The notes under the pieces: model-generated
Seen by the model: only the letters and a program-made list of their open reading frames with translations
What the model was told of the DNA's origin: nothing
The model's database searches: none
In this document: positions 25,245 through 38,269 of the stretch, piece after piece
How the letters are laid out: every line of letters starts with the position of its first letter
Numbering within the stretch: the first letter of the stretch is position 1
Assembly: GCF_964204865.1 (NCBI RefSeq)
Contig: NC_135251.1
Span: 15,500,001-15,564,000 of the forward strand
Reading direction: 5' to 3'
DNA length: 64,000 bases
Origin: Styela clava
Lineage: Eukaryota
Translations under genes and position numbers: made by a program

Positions 25245-28200
25245 CTACAAAACATAGTCAAGTTCATAACGAAGATACTGATTTTTCTCGTCATTATAAA
25301 AACGAGGATATGACGGCACCAAACTGTCCTGTGCTCCGATGTATATGCTGTTGTATACTTTCCAATACACATCACGAACTTTCCTAGCGGGATGGAATAG
25401 TCCTTGCAGACAGTACTGCAACAACCTTGCTGGTCCAAGAGCAATCCTCATTCCATCTATAGCAGACATGACAGCCTGGATAACGTGAGGTGATGTTTCA
25501 AAAATATTCGGCCATACATAGTTGAGAAGATGATTAAGTGCGTCCTCGCAACCAAAACCATACACACCAAGTGACATATGTCCTATTGCTGCTGACGCTA
25601 TCTGTCGGTGAACTAGATCACGTTCCATTAGAGCATCTTCCAGAAGTGTAGACACTGCGTAGATATAATCTTTTCCCATTTCTCCAATATATTCAAAAAG
25701 GAATGACAATGCTTTGAGAACGCCATTTTGTACGTTCAGTTCCGGTACACGATACTCATTCATCAGGGCAGGCAAAACAGTGAACGGAGAGCAGGTTTCG
25801 GCAACAATAGCGATAGCCACTGTGGTACAAACACGATTCTGTCTTTCTTGAACTTTAAGATTATTTAAAAGTGTTGCAAGAACATCGTGTGGACCAATGG
25901 CTTTTGCAATGTAACCAAAAGTGTTGACAGTTGCACGACGAATTGATTTCTTATGTGCTTTCAACAATTCCAATAGTTCAAAACAAATTCTCATCCACTC
26001 TCGAGCACTTACATATTCAGCGCCTCTGTCAGCAATACGGCCCACCAAATCTATACAATTTTCCTGTACTTTTTCATGACGATTTTTCAAAATCGGTGTG
26101 AGACGTGGTAGAAGATCTTTAATCGGTGGAGTCATTTTATGCATACCAATCACATTAACAATAGACTTCAAAGCTCCGAGGATTGAACCCAACACTTCTG
26201 GATATTCTTCACCAAGGTACTCATAAAGCACAACTCCAAGATGGCCCATTAATTTTTCTTCTTGACATGTCCGCATCACTATAGAAATACGAGAAATTAA
26301 ATCTGCTGCCTGTTGTCGAACTTTCGCTGATTTGTTATTGAGTCGCCACAAAACAGTACCACAAATCTGTGGAAGGTACGGTTTTACTCTTTTACCCAGG
26401 GTGTTGACCACAGTACCAAAACCATTCAACATCACAATGTCTTCTGTTGTCTGTTCCTGGAATGCATACAGTATACCATCAATCAATTGCTCCTCAAGTC
26501 TGTGATCAATATCTGCTGAACCGAGATTCACCAAAATTTTGTCTATTGTTTCCATAACCATCTTTCTGTATTGTTCATTTTCATCTTTAAGATCATCCAC
26601 AATCCGTTGCACCATTTCAGCTGAACCGACTTTGTTTGCAATTTCAACTGTTGTGTCAACTAATTGTCTGTAATTACGTCGATCGAGAGCCATTCTCTGG
26701 TTCCAAAAATGCTTGAAAAAGGGAGGCAGAATTTCATTTTTAATGTACTGGGGTTCAACACCATCCGTTCCACAACATTGCTTCACCACTTTAAGTACAA
26801 TTTTCTTCATTTCTTCATCAGGTGACTGAAACTCTCGAATCAGGATCAACATTACTTCACGAGTGTAGTAATTTGCATACTCGGCATCCATAAGTGGAAT
26901 GAGGTACCCAATAGCCTTTAAAAAAGCTGCCAAACCTTTTCCTCTATGAGTTCTGATACCTTTCCAGAGAGGTTTCAGCACACTGTCAAAGGATTCGATA
27001 CCATAAGGTGTTGCAGCTTCAGCTAACGCAGCCAAAGCAAGGGCAGTGATGGTTCTTACTTTCTGTTGTTCATCTTCCAAACCATGCTCGATAATTTCAA
27101 CTAAGTTTCTCAAATGTGGGAGAATGGCACAACCCATCAAAATAGCAATCTGTTGTGTAATCTTGATTCCAGTGTGACGTGCCTGCCAGGATTTTTTACT
27201 CCTGCAAACGGCTTTCAGAAAGGGAAGCAGGGAGGGAATTCCAAGGGCAGATGCGACAACAGCAAAGGCTCTTGCAGTCGTATTACGCACATATTCATCC
27301 ATGTTGTCAATATCAGGTCTCATTACGGAAATCATAGTAGCAAGTCCAGCTGCTTTTGCCAAATTTGAAATAATCTCACGTCCCTCCACTCTGGCATAAT
27401 AGTCTTCATCAATCAGAAGTGGTTCAATGACGACAAGAATTTTATGTACATATGGCCGAACCATATCGTCCAACTTGTAAAGAATCCTGTCGATGACTTT
27501 AACGAGAAGATGACGCTCTTGATCTTCAAGAGTGGGTGACATGAGCAATGGCAAAATTTGATTGAACAAAGGTCCTGCACCAAATTCCCGAGACTTGTCT
27601 GTTATCTGACGCAGTGCACTTTTTCTCATTGGCGGCGTGCCATTTTTGATTTTGAGTAGAAGTTTCATTATTTTTCTTTCTTTTTGTTCCTCTAAACTCA
27701 ATGTTGATTCATCTACTTCAACAAGTAGTTTGTCAAAATACTGAATATCATCAGGTTTCAAGAATGGCAGATTCCCAGTCGGCTGATCAGTAATTCCTTT
27801 CATCGACTTGTCTTCAACCTGGATATGAAACCCAGTGGATCCTCCCATTGGGGTTGGAGTTGCAGTAATTTTTCTTGCAGGTGTACGAATAGGAACATAA
27901 CCAGCTGGTGGTTGCAAAACTTTGTAACCTTCAGGGAACATTCCGTCAAGCTCTTCATCAGATAGTGGGCGATTTCTTTCATCAATTTCCCGTTCCCACC
28001 TCCATGCTTGAAGTTGCTCAGGTGTCATGGACATCAAATGACCAGGAGTTGGAGTAGCCATAGCCATTGCTTTTGTACCCATGGGTGTGACACCTGAAGG
28101 GGTAAAGAGTGAGGGTGTTCCTAAAGAGCCTGGTGTTCCCATTCCTGATTTTGGGGTGAATGCGCTTGGAGTTCCACCAGGGGTAAAAACTGGAGTAGCA

Positions 28201-29285
28201 GACCCCGGTGTTTGACTTCCCGGTGTGGCAGCAGCTGGTGTCAAATCCCATCTTGATTTTCTCTTGCTGGTACCACCAGGAATTCTCTCAGATTCGTCTC
28301 CATGATCAGCTCTTGGTGTTTCAGCCCATCCAATATTTCTGCCAGGGGTTTCTCTTTCCGTTTTGGGAGTTTCATCCCATCTGTTTTTCCTTACACTTGC
28401 ACTCGGTGTACCACCGATGCCTGGGGTTGCATGTCCAGGAGTTGTAGCACCTGGAGTAGCATGACCAGGTGTGGCATCCCACATTCTGGTACTTTGTCCT
28501 GGTGTTACCATTGCTCCAGGTGTTTCGCCACCTTTTGGTCTGCCAGGTGTTTCATCCCATCGCAATGGTGTTGGTGCATGTCCAGGAGTGGAAGCATCAG
28601 CCTGGTCCCATGTCATTCGTTTTTTTGGTGCATCAGGGGTTGGAGTTGCATCCCATCGCCTCTTTCTTTCTCTTTGAGCAGGTGCAGCGTTAGGTTGAAC
28701 AGCTTTAGCATTTCCATTTACATGGACATCACCAGACTTCAGCTTTTCACTAATTTTCGATCTAATTTCCCGTTCTTCTTTAGTAAGAGCTTGGTGTGTC
28801 ATAACATCTTTGTACTGCGCCAATTGAGGATCAGGTGTTTTACCACCATCAGCAAAAGGATCATGACGTGCAGGAGATATAGCTCTTTGTAACCTTTGTC
28901 TTCTATATTGGTCTTCCCTGTTTAGAATAGGTTGTGCTCTAGTTTCTGCAAAAGGGTCATAAGATTCATCACTCTGTGGGATATCGTTAAGAACAGCTGC
29001 AGGAGCAGTGTATGTCTGTCGTTTTCCCAGTAAAGCGGCATTCACATCTTCAACTTCATCATCATCCTCTTGTTCATTTGGAGCGATGGATGTTACATAT
29101 CCTGCAAATTTACTATTCGAACCGCCATAGATCTCCTGATCATAATGACCTTCTTGACCGAGTCCAACTCGAGCTTCACCATCTGTTGGTTGTTCAGGGG
29201 AACCCTCATCTTCATTCTTGCTCAATGCAACTTTCCTTTTTTGGATCGCCTCAATCTCAGACACATAATCATCCTTTGTTGCCAT
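25245..29285 (-). CDS. SF3B1: Splicing factor 3B subunit 1 (U2 snRNP), single-exon CDS, 1346 aa
   Basis: N-terminal RWDETP ULM motifs and TP repeats, '[14 protein letters not shown]', HEAT repeats '[14 protein letters not shown]..', C-terminus 'RYELDYVL'. Confidence 0.99.
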   Translation of the reverse strand: MATKDDYVSEIEAIQKRKVALSKNEDEGSPEQPTDGEARVGLGQEGHYDQEIYGGSNSKFAGYVTSIAPNEQEDDDEVEDVNAALLGKRQTYTAPAAVLNDIPQSDESYDPFAETRAQPILNREDQYRRQRLQRAISPARHDPFADGGKTPDPQLAQYKDVMTHQALTKEEREIRSKISEKLKSGDVHVNGNAKAVQPNAAPAQRERKRRWDATPTPDAPKKRMTWDQADASTPGHAPTPLRWDETPGRPKGGETPGAMVTPGQSTRMWDATPGHATPGATTPGHATPGIGGTPSASVRKNRWDETPKTERETPGRNIGWAETPRADHGDESERIPGGTSKRKSRWDLTPAAATPGSQTPGSATPVFTPGGTPSAFTPKSGMGTPGSLGTPSLFTPSGVTPMGTKAMAMATPTPGHLMSMTPEQLQAWRWEREIDERNRPLSDEELDGMFPEGYKVLQPPAGYVPIRTPARKITATPTPMGGSTGFHIQVEDKSMKGITDQPTGNLPFLKPDDIQYFDKLLVEVDESTLSLEEQKERKIMKLLLKIKNGTPPMRKSALRQITDKSREFGAGPLFNQILPLLMSPTLEDQERHLLVKVIDRILYKLDDMVRPYVHKILVVIEPLLIDEDYYARVEGREIISNLAKAAGLATMISVMRPDIDNMDEYVRNTTARAFAVVASALGIPSLLPFLKAVCRSKKSWQARHTGIKITQQIAILMGCAILPHLRNLVEIIEHGLEDEQQKVRTITALALAALAEAATPYGIESFDSVLKPLWKGIRTHRGKGLAAFLKAIGYLIPLMDAEYANYYTREVMLILIREFQSPDEEMKKIVLKVVKQCCGTDGVEPQYIKNEILPPFFKHFWNQRMALDRRNYRQLVDTTVEIANKVGSAEMVQRIVDDLKDENEQYRKMVMETIDKILVNLGSADIDHRLEEQLIDGILYAFQEQTTEDIVMLNGFGTVVNTLGKRVKPYLPQICGTVLWRLNNKSAKVRQQAADLISRISIVMRTCQEEKLMGHLGVVLYEYLGEEYPEVLGSILGALKSIVNVIGMHKMTPPIKDLLPRLTPILKNRHEKVQENCIDLVGRIADRGAEYVSAREWMRICFELLELLKAHKKSIRRATVNTFGYIAKAIGPHDVLATLLNNLKVQERQNRVCTTVAIAIVAETCSPFTVLPALMNEYRVPELNVQNGVLKALSFLFEYIGEMGKDYIYAVSTLLEDALMERDLVHRQIASAAIGHMSLGVYGFGCEDALNHLLNYVWPNIFETSPHVIQAVMSAIDGMRIALGPARLLQYCLQGLFHPARKVRDVYWKVYNSIYIGAQDSLVPSYPRFYNDEKNQYLRYELDYVL

Positions 29286-29992
29286 TTCGAGGCAACGTGT
29301 ATTTGAATACCTTTAATACTATATTTTTTAGTGTTTTATATTATTCTAAAAGATAAAAAGCAATAAGTTATTAGCACTTTATTAGTTTTCGATAAGCTGT
29401 GCCTGTAGGCAGTATAACTCACTGCAAACAATTATAAATACTTACAGTTACAAGCGCCAATGCAATAACATTCAACAAGACTGGAGTTCATGATACACCA
29501 GTAGTTACCAAGATGGCTTTTAACACATGTCCTACTTGGCCAAAACAAACAATATTCAGCCTGATATGGAGAACAATGGATGACTTAGGAGCACTAGAAA
29601 TTTTGAACATAAAGCTCATCTGGAACTCATACATTTGGATCCTTTCAAATTAATTATTTCAGCGCAAGTATCAAAAAATTATAGAATAAGCTTGTTAAAA
29701 ATTGCTTGTTGGATTTCAATAAGCTATTACAAAAGAATTAGGTACCTACATATTCACTATATCTCAAATTTCCCAAAAACATTCATGAAATATTACAAAC
29801 CGAATTACCAAATCAGTTTTTAATAGTAGATCAAAAAACAGTTAAGACCAGATGTGGCTTATTAACTGTAGTGTTGTAGTATCCCATTTAGCTACACACA
29901 TCAACTTGGCCCCAAAAACCGCACTCCACATGGGCCACTACACCCTCAACAATTACAATTTTTGAGAAATATTCATCAATTTCACTTCAGTC

Positions 29993-30730
29993 CTATGAAG
30001 TTGATGTTGGCTTAAAAATATGACCTTTTTTAGACAGTACTTCCATAATACGAATCATGTTTTCGCAATCACTCGTACCTTGGTGAAGTTCACCAAAAAC
30101 TTCCAAGTCTAACAATCGCAGCATAGCATGGAGTCGACCTTTGCCAAGTCTAGGCCATTTTCCCATCGTTAATGCATACGACTTGTTTATATTTACATAA
30201 GGATAAAAATATTTAGGTAAAGTCAAATTTTTCATCTTACATTCACTGGGTAACATTTTCATCAAGTCCCAATCACCAGATGTACAAAAAATAAAGTTCT
30301 TATTATCACTAAGGACATGTTTTTCCATCCAAATGTCAAACAATTGCATAACTTCTTTTAAAGTAGGCTTATCATCTACTTGGAATTGAGTAATTCCAGT
30401 TAACTGCATACAAAATTCTGATAATATTGGTTGTATAGTTGGTCGGACGAAGGAATGAAAACATTCTTCGATTTGATATGTTGATGAATTAACTTTAAAT
30501 GCTGGAAATTCTATAATCTCTTGATCATAGGTTAGTTTTGATCTCTCACAAGTTGCTTCAAAATCAAGAACAATGAAATAGTCATATATCTGATGCCTTC
30601 TCAAGTCTTCCGGCTTCTTCTGCACAAGATCAGTGAGTAACACTTGTTTTTTCCTTGATATATTACGGCAGCTCAGTACGAGTGGGAAGAAACTTTGAGC
30701 TCTATTGTATTTTTTCAACAGAAGCATCAT
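29993..30730 (-). CDS. ERI1/ERI3-family DEDDh 3'-5' exoribonuclease (ERI3-like), single exon; ATG start probably 30730
   Basis: ExoI 'YFIVLDFEATCE', 'QEIIEFP', 'FHSFVRP..LSEFCMQLTGITQ', ExoII 'GDWDL', ExoIII 'HQGTSDCENM'; no SAP domain seen. Confidence 0.88.
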   Translation of the reverse strand: MMLLLKKYNRAQSFFPLVLSCRNISRKKQVLLTDLVQKKPEDLRRHQIYDYFIVLDFEATCERSKLTYDQEIIEFPAFKVNSSTYQIEECFHSFVRPTIQPILSEFCMQLTGITQFQVDDKPTLKEVMQLFDIWMEKHVLSDNKNFIFCTSGDWDLMKMLPSECKMKNLTLPKYFYPYVNINKSYALTMGKWPRLGKGRLHAMLRLLDLEVFGELHQGTSDCENMIRIMEVLSKKGHIFKPTSTS

Positions 30731-30980
30731 ATAACTTAATTTGATCAATAGAAAAAAAAATATTCAAATAAAGTACTTATAATGGATGAAAATTTGGGGA
30801 CCGGGTCCACTCATTTGATTAAGACGATGATCGCGTAATAACAGTTGCGTTTTTCTGAACTAATTTATAGTTTTGTGAGCAAAATAAAAATAACTACCCG
30901 TGGTAGTACAGCACCCAATACCTGTGCATACCTGAGATAATTGTGGTGGAATTTAGCTTAACAATGTCGATGGACCAAAT

Positions 30981-31444
30981 CAGTGGTTGCCAACCTTTCT
31001 ACCATGGTGGAAAAATTAAATAAAGTGTACTCGCAGACCGGCAAAAATTGAAATGAGTGGAACAGAACATATATTTGCACAATGTCGGACAATCAGTATA
31101 TACTCTTCAAAAAAAAAGGGTACACTTAAAAACATTTCACATGAGGAAAAACTATCAAATAATGTGCAGAACAGAAAGAGCGCGCATGCTCATTTTCAGA
31201 TTTTGGAAACTTGCGAGATTAGACGGAGCGATTCGCGATGAATCGGAACCGAAAAAGCGAAAAGTGTGATTACTCGGCGCCAAACGTCACCGGGCCATAC
31301 CACACCTATCAAACAGCAATATGACGGCGGAAGAGAAATTGCGTAATAAACCAACGTAACTACCTCTTTTCGGCTTCAGTAAAGCGATTGGGGCGGTAGA
31401 AAAACACATTAAAATTTTCGCGGACCGGCGGTTGGGAAACACTC
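30981..31444. mobile_element. hAT-type MITE
   Basis: TIRs CAGTGGTTGCCAACC / GGTTGGGAAACACTC; TSD GACCAAAT vs GACTAAAT (7/8). Confidence 0.78.
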
Positions 31445-32949
31445 GACTAAATGACACTTACACTGACGATAAACAGTCAGGATTTATAACAAAAAATTAG
31501 CGGTGTTAAAAAGTGTGTGTGTTGTTAATGAGGACTTCTGGACTTCGATTTTACTGCATAATTTAAAACATTTCACTGGACGCCTAGCTGCTCTGTCTCT
31601 GTGCTTTCCAGTTTACCACAATTCATAGATAGGCCTATATGAATTGTAATGTTCATATCGGTACAGTAATACCGGTACAGGTTTCTTTTCCTAGAAGCAA
31701 GAAAATCACTAATTTCAATCATATCTGACTTACCATTTGTCTGTTTGTACTTATGACTGTTTTACAATGATACATTCATAAAGCTGTAAAGCCTAATTCC
31801 TATGTACTTGGATTTTAGAAAACTGAATAATATTTATGTCGGTACCTGTACCGGTACCTATGAAGCTATGTCTGTATGTGGGGGATTTTAGAATGTATTC
31901 GGAATTCCAGATTTGAAAATATTTTTTAGAATGTACGGGTATTCGAAATACTGAAGTATTAGATGATGGCCATCACTGTTAACTTTTCAAGCTCTACGTC
32001 TGTACATCCTTATATCGATACACATGTCTGCATGTAAACACCTGCAGACCTGTCTGTCTGACATTCTGACATTACATCATTATGTTTTCTGCCAAAAAGG
32101 TAAAAAATCTTGAGCCACAGCTCTAGTAGTGTAGTAGCAACTTTACCACATCATTTTTTGTATGTATAATGTACCGCACTTATTCCTCCTCCTAATCCAC
32201 TTCTTCCAATGAATAATAGAATTTGGGGCCAAACAAATAGTGGCCAGCCCGTAACTTCCATCGACCAACGCTACATGGCAAAACGTTTTTCATGCGTTTC
32301 AGTATAGAATAGAAAGTATGTTGCCACATCTACACTTGTATAAAAAAAAACGAATTTCAAATATTTGTACCTTTACGCATTAAAAGTATTTAAAATTAAA
32401 AACTTACTAAAATAATAAGTTTAATACACATAAATTAAAAGTATATCAATAACATTTGAAAGTTTGTATGCGTGTATTGGCTGTAGTTTATAATTTAACA
32501 TGGGTTGTTCTCCATTCTATTTTTCAATTATTCCCCGAAATTAAGTTCCATTAGTATTCCAATATTAGCCCTATAAGACTCATTTTATTTCTGACTTTTA
32601 ATGCCTTCATGTACAATATTTTACTTGATAGGTACTCTCAAAGCGGGAACACTCAATTTACCTTTAGGCACCTCCTCTCAAGTATTTGTACACCTATCTC
32701 ATTCCAGCGAATCGATGGAGTAGGCTATATTAGCAACATCTATGGGTGTTCATATTCACTGGAATCATACTATTAAATTTACAGTACGCGTCATTCAACA
32801 ATATAAAACCCACAAAAAGCATATACTGTATTATTTTGCATATTCCAGCTTAAGCTCAATTTTGAGATCTTGCAATTTTTATTGTTTTTTTGTACCTTAT
32901 AAACTGTCGTTTTAATTTATTTTGTTACTTTGTAATGATTTTGTTTAAT

Positions 32950-33410
32950 GATTTATATATATGCTGCGCAATTTTTTCACTATTTACACAAAATGTTATT
33001 GTGTGTTCTTCAATCCGAAATACCCGATTCCACACAATTTATGCTCCATTTACTCAAAAATACTTATTCATGTCAAATTTGATCAATACCACACTTGATC
33101 AAGTGTGTAACATTTCCGAAATTTTATTTAGCGTTAAACGCCTATATGTTATTGCCTATTGTGTATTTCCTTTCCATGGAAACTTAATGTTGTTTTTAGA
33201 CACACCTGAAATACGTTAAAACATATCTGAACCATTTTTTATTCATGTTTATTGATATTACTATCGGGTGGTAACTGACCCGATGACCGCATGGTCGTAT
33301 CGTTGCCACCCAGTCAATACCGAAAACTGTTTTGCTTTTTGATAATTATGTTTTTTTGTTGTGTAAATTTTTTTCTGGTGAACAAAACAAATAAACTCTC
33401 ACTCTCTGTA
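32950..33410 (+). mobile_element. Possible 3' remnant of an L2/CR1-like LINE
   Basis: Hairpin 'gggtggtaac..gaccgcatggtc..gttgccaccc' followed by AATAAA and a (CT)-like tail; no RT motif seen. Confidence 0.3.
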
Positions 33411-34018
33411 TTGTCTTTCGTGGCCGGAAAGCAGAATGAGTATGATTGACTTGAATGAAAAAACACTTGTTTGTTGCTTTAAAAAATATATACGAAAATC
33501 AAGCAACAAAAAATTCTACATATACAAACATATTGGGAATGTAACAAAGTAAAAAAATCTTCAAATGCAAAAAGAGACCTATAATTAGTGGTTCAAATGC
33601 GTACTGATATCAATCCACATTATAGGTGAAATCAAATGTCACCGACATTTGTCACCGGTGGACATGATAATTTGTAAATCAACAGGCGAATGTCCATTCA
33701 TCAACATAGCTCACATTTGACTTGGAAACCAGTGAAAAACACCTCCACAACTACAGGCATTATTGTGACGTAACAATGTAAAACCAAACACAAGTGACGT
33801 AACAACTAGCTTGACGTGAATCTTGCTGGATACGTTCTTCATCCTCATTCTCTATCAGAGATGTACTGGTACTACTTTTGCTGCCGATACTGACAAGATA
33901 CCAACAAAACAAAAAACGCTGATACCGATATGCCGATATCATCGGATACCGATATTCCGGTACTATGTAATTATTAGCTCACGTGTGCAGGGCAGACGGT
34001 CTGTGAGCGTTGTTTGTA

Positions 34019-34620
34019 TGTAGTAGTAGTAGTAGTAGTAGTATTTTATTTCGTCAACAATGTCAAAATCAAAATACAACATACAACATTTCAAAATTAA
34101 TTTCCAAGGCATTGTGACGAGGCTGTGACGAAGCGACCGTTAGGTCATCGAGTCAGTCACAGCCTTTAAAAAAATATAAAATTACCATTTTTTAAACGAA
34201 ATGAGCTGAAGTAGCATACACCGAAAATAAATTAACAAAACTAACAGAGAGGAAAACAAAAACAAAAGAAAAAACAAAACTCAATTGAATATGTTTAAAC
34301 CATACTATGGGGGATGGCATGTACACAGTATAATTCAAGCCTAACCAACTGGAATAATGGTCTTTTACAGTTAATGTTCTATAGTAGAGTCGTATGTTTC
34401 ACGAAAAAGGGACTCTAGCTTCGCTTTAAATACTAGTTCGATACATTGAGTGGCATGTAAAATCGTTAGAGTGACTCAGACAGGAAATAAATTACAATAA
34501 ACTGTGCAGTAATAATTAGAGGTATGACATCATCAAAATTGTCAATTGAAGCCTTGAATTTGAAAATTCTGTAAATACAATCGTGAATTTTAGAGTATCC
34601 ATTCTTGCTATAATAGTGGT
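34019..34620 (-). mobile_element. Possible 3' remnant of an L2/CR1-like LINE with a (TAC)n tail
   Basis: On the - strand: stem-loop ggctgtgac..gtcacagcc (34121-34164), then AATAAAA and (TAC)n microsatellite (34019-34043); 'FKAKLE' resembles LINE ORF2 C-termini. Confidence 0.4.
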
Positions 34621-35380
34621 TTTGGTGTTGTTCTGTTGGAAAATAACACAAGAAAACGTTGAAATAAAAATTAATTAACCTCTACTAGACACAAAATCTC
34701 GCAAGTTCAAGGTTGTTCAATAGAAATTTTGTCGCATAAAAAAATATTATTTTAGGAGTGTGTTTTAAACATACCGGTATATAACTGAATAGAACTCTAT
34801 TAAAAACACGCTATGAAAAAGTCATTTAGGGCTTAATGGTTGACAATTAAAATAACCCATGTAGAATGGCCACAGAGCGACTGGCGGAGTAGGGTTAAAA
34901 CACAGTAATTTCTTGTCCTCCTACCAACAGCGACCGATGGTGTGAGTATGTCACTTGTAGCTATCGATATATTTTTTAAAAAGTTTGCGGGCGAAGCATG
35001 CATAGCTGCAGTCTTTTATTTCCTGACTAGCCTATGTATGTATGTTTATTTGCATCAAAAATGTAACAGTATCTGCATAATAGTTAAACGGTATAACAGA
35101 GACGGGGTGCATGTTACTGGCCTAAGAAACAGATGTGCGACATGCACCCCAACAAGTATAACTGCAGTTTAGGACTGCTGCGTTATAGTAGGACAACAGA
35201 CAAATATACAAATAAAACTCTTGTACAATACACAGGACAAAGAGGTACGGAACCATGACGATATTCGTAGTGCACATTATTTCAGCTTGAAAAAGAGATA
35301 TTCCAGAACAGGCCTGTACAACTCAAAATACCAAGAGGGCCGCACGCATAACTCTGAAGGTCCGACGGGCCGCAAACTTT

Positions 35381-35600
35381 TTTTTTGATCTTAGTTACCC
35401 AGGGTAGGAAATAGCACGACACTTCCTAGCCATCGGAAATAGCGCTTAACACGACTCCAGCTGAAATCTACTCTGGAGTCGGTGCCTTCCTCGGAGAGTA
35501 AATTTTTTGTTTCTTGTAATTCCTTCAGACAAAGTGCCAGTGCCTGGAATCGAACCCGAATCTCAACGGTGACAATCGTTACCACTAGACCCCACAACTC
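35381..35600 (-). mobile_element. tRNA-derived SINE family B nested in the hAT element
   Basis: - strand head: gagttgtggggTCTAGTGG..GGTTCGATTCC (A/B boxes); A-rich tail; flanking 13-bp direct repeat ggccg(c/a)aaacttt at 35368-35380 and 35601-35613. Confidence 0.75.
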
Positions 35601-36028
35601 GGCCGAAAACTTTGCCAGATACAGATTTCACAAGTATTTCGGAATGAAGAATCTTCATTAAACTTTCTTTATTTTCTTCTCATTTTTATCAAATTTGGCG
35701 AAATTTTTGTAATTCATTTTAAAGTGTTGTCTTTAATACCCCCCCAAATATTGGTATGTCAATTTATTGGATATTTCCATTGTAGGATAGACAAATAATC
35801 TATTTAGTAGCAGTATATCTTCATCAGTTGTACTTTTTTTTATTGACACACCATGCATTAATGAAGGAATTGTTTTTGTTTTAAATTTGAATAAACTAAA
35901 AATTATAGAAAGCCTAATGAAAATAATAGGTTATAAATTGATTACTAATATACACTTATGGGGGGTGTGATTGTATACCGACATTTTTTTAGGCGCGATT
36001 CTGTCTGAATCATGAGGTTTTTTAAATC

Positions 36029-36715
36029 TAGGGCTGGGAATTTTAGGGAAAACACTTTGATCGTTACCCGGGTAAAATGAAGCGGTTAATCGCCACGTGA
36101 CGTTTGACGTAATAATTATAATTTCAGCTTGTTACGTCATAATGGTTATAAAGCAATTTCGCGTGTTCTTATCCCGGTATCGCTCAAAATTATTCACGAA
36201 TCGAGATAGTTTCATGATTCCTCTGCTGCAAAAGATAGGCAGCGTGGTTCGGGCATGTGGAAATATTTTAGAAGACCCGATTCCGTTGTTAAACGTCATT
36301 TATGTGACAAATTTTGAGTGTTCTATGTACAAATTCCACTTCGAGATATATATCATAAAGAAAAACGGCATCAACTGCACACTTGTTGTATGAAATTGAA
36401 TATCCGAGTTTGCAATGAAATCGTGAACAATGTATTTCGAAATCGACCGAAAACTGATTCTGAATTCATCATTGTAAATTTTCATCATCAGCAACCTTGG
36501 TGCTTCCATTATTTTTCACATTTATTGATTCCTTACCCACACAGTTAGTAATATTTTTTTGAATTAAATGCCGCAAAAGATAAATTTGCGATAACGTAAT
36601 CATATTTGACGAAATTGTACGGTATAAAGATGATTTGTACCTGAGATGTCAGTTAACGGTTAAAATAAATCATAACCGTTAACCATATGAAATCGGTTAA
36701 CCATTCTCAGCCCTA
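36029..36715. mobile_element. TAGGG-ended hAT-type MITE nested in 35309-36785
   Basis: TIRs TAGGGCTGGGAA / TTCTCAGCCCTA; TSD TTTAAATC vs TCTAAATC (7/8); ggttaacc subterminal repeats. Confidence 0.78.
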
Positions 36716-38269
36716 TCTAAATCACCCGCGGGCCGCACAGAAATATCTAACAGGCGGCCCGTAGGCCGTATGTTGTGCAGGCCTGTTCCAGAACATAAGA
36801 AATTGATGATCGCACCCGCGATCGGAAACGCGGTGTTCAATTAAACTCGGTTGGCTTACTATGAAAGGTAAAATAAATGAATGTTTGCTTATCCTATCAA
36901 ACTGACTGATACATTGACTTGCGTGCGCGGGATTTTGTGCCAATATAACGTCGTGTATTGTCTTACACATTGAAAAATCCACTAATATTCGATTGGTATA
37001 TTTCTACATACCGTAATTACCATGTCATATTGAAAATGTCAATGTAAAAATTTGGCAGCAAAAATAGCCAAATTAGTTGAGTTAGTTTGGCTGATAGATA
37101 GCTTTAAACACGTCAGAATCCTGTTCCGTTTCCACTCGTTGGGGTGGGGACGAGCATGGCTCAGAGGTAATGAGGCAAATATTGCGAACATGATCCCCTT
37201 AATTCCAGGGCTACAATTTATGATTGGTGACTGTGAAAAGGGTGATGTGTGATAAGATTATTACTTGTTACGAATAGAAAAACATGGCGGCCGCAACTAT
37301 AAGTAGGCTATACTTACAATTTGTAAGCGATCTTGTTTTTCAAAATATAGCTATGACAAAGTGTTTTTAAAGTACAACAGCTCTAAAGTTCAATACATTC
37401 GCGTATTTTTGTTTGTTTATTCATAATGGCTCTGGTTTATTTATGACCCATGCCCGGTTTTTGTAATTTTTTATGTGTGTGCGATGATGAGCTGCTCCTA
37501 ATGCAGTAATGCGCTGCCCTCAGCGAAATTTTTAGGCTACCACCACTAATGACTGTCAGGGAGACTTGGCTTGGGACAGCCACCTTTCCATCTCCCATTA
37601 CAAGAAGAGCCTCCGCACAGTTGCAGGCTAACCCGTTAACCGCCGTCGCATGGCGAGTTAGCCTCCACCCGTAAATAGGACATAGCCTACTTGCATGAAC
37701 CGTGATAAACGGTGCGCGACACTACAGGTACCGGTACCTATTGTGATATATAAACGCCTACCGTATGTCTGTATACTGTATGTCGTTTTATGTGACTAAT
37801 GCTGTAATGTCTGAATGTAACTTAGACTATATACAGATATATCGATGATAAGATCAACTCAAAATATGCCTGGTTCAGAGGTTGTTTATCATTTCCGAGA
37901 TAGCTAAACAATCGAAAAGTAATGTGACCCTCCACATGTGGTGTTGATATCATGTCACCTGTTTTGTGCTCTTCTAGTACGGTACCAAGTGCCGCTGGAA
38001 TGGCAATCCTGCAACATATGCAAGAAAAGAGATTTAATCAGTCAGTAGGCTAGTTTATACTTGAAATACACTGTACACACACAATGTCGAAATGAATAAA
38101 AATGGGATTACAGGGTGAAGGGTGATACAAACACCACTTCCATCTGATTACACTTCTGTGCATTCACAGGAATTATATCTGTAAATATGTCTGAATTCAA
38201 CTTTTGTATACATTTACAGGATATTAGACATAGTATATTTCTGAAGTCTGGAAGTCCAATGAGAGCATA

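Larger units (their letters stand above)
35309..36785. mobile_element. Non-autonomous hAT-type transposon hosting two nested elements
   Basis: TIRs CAGGCCTGTACAAC / GTTGTGCAGGCCTG; perfect TSD TTCCAGAA; gggccgc subterminal repeats. Confidence 0.88.

Noticed and set aside
27114-29356. Several + strand ORFs (up to 196 aa) antisense to SF3B1
   Set aside because: Shadow frames of a Pro/Thr/Gly-repetitive CDS; no recognisable protein features
35530-35604. tRNA gene on the - strand
   Set aside because: Has A/B boxes but no complete cloverleaf, and continues into a body, A-tail and TSD, so it is a SINE
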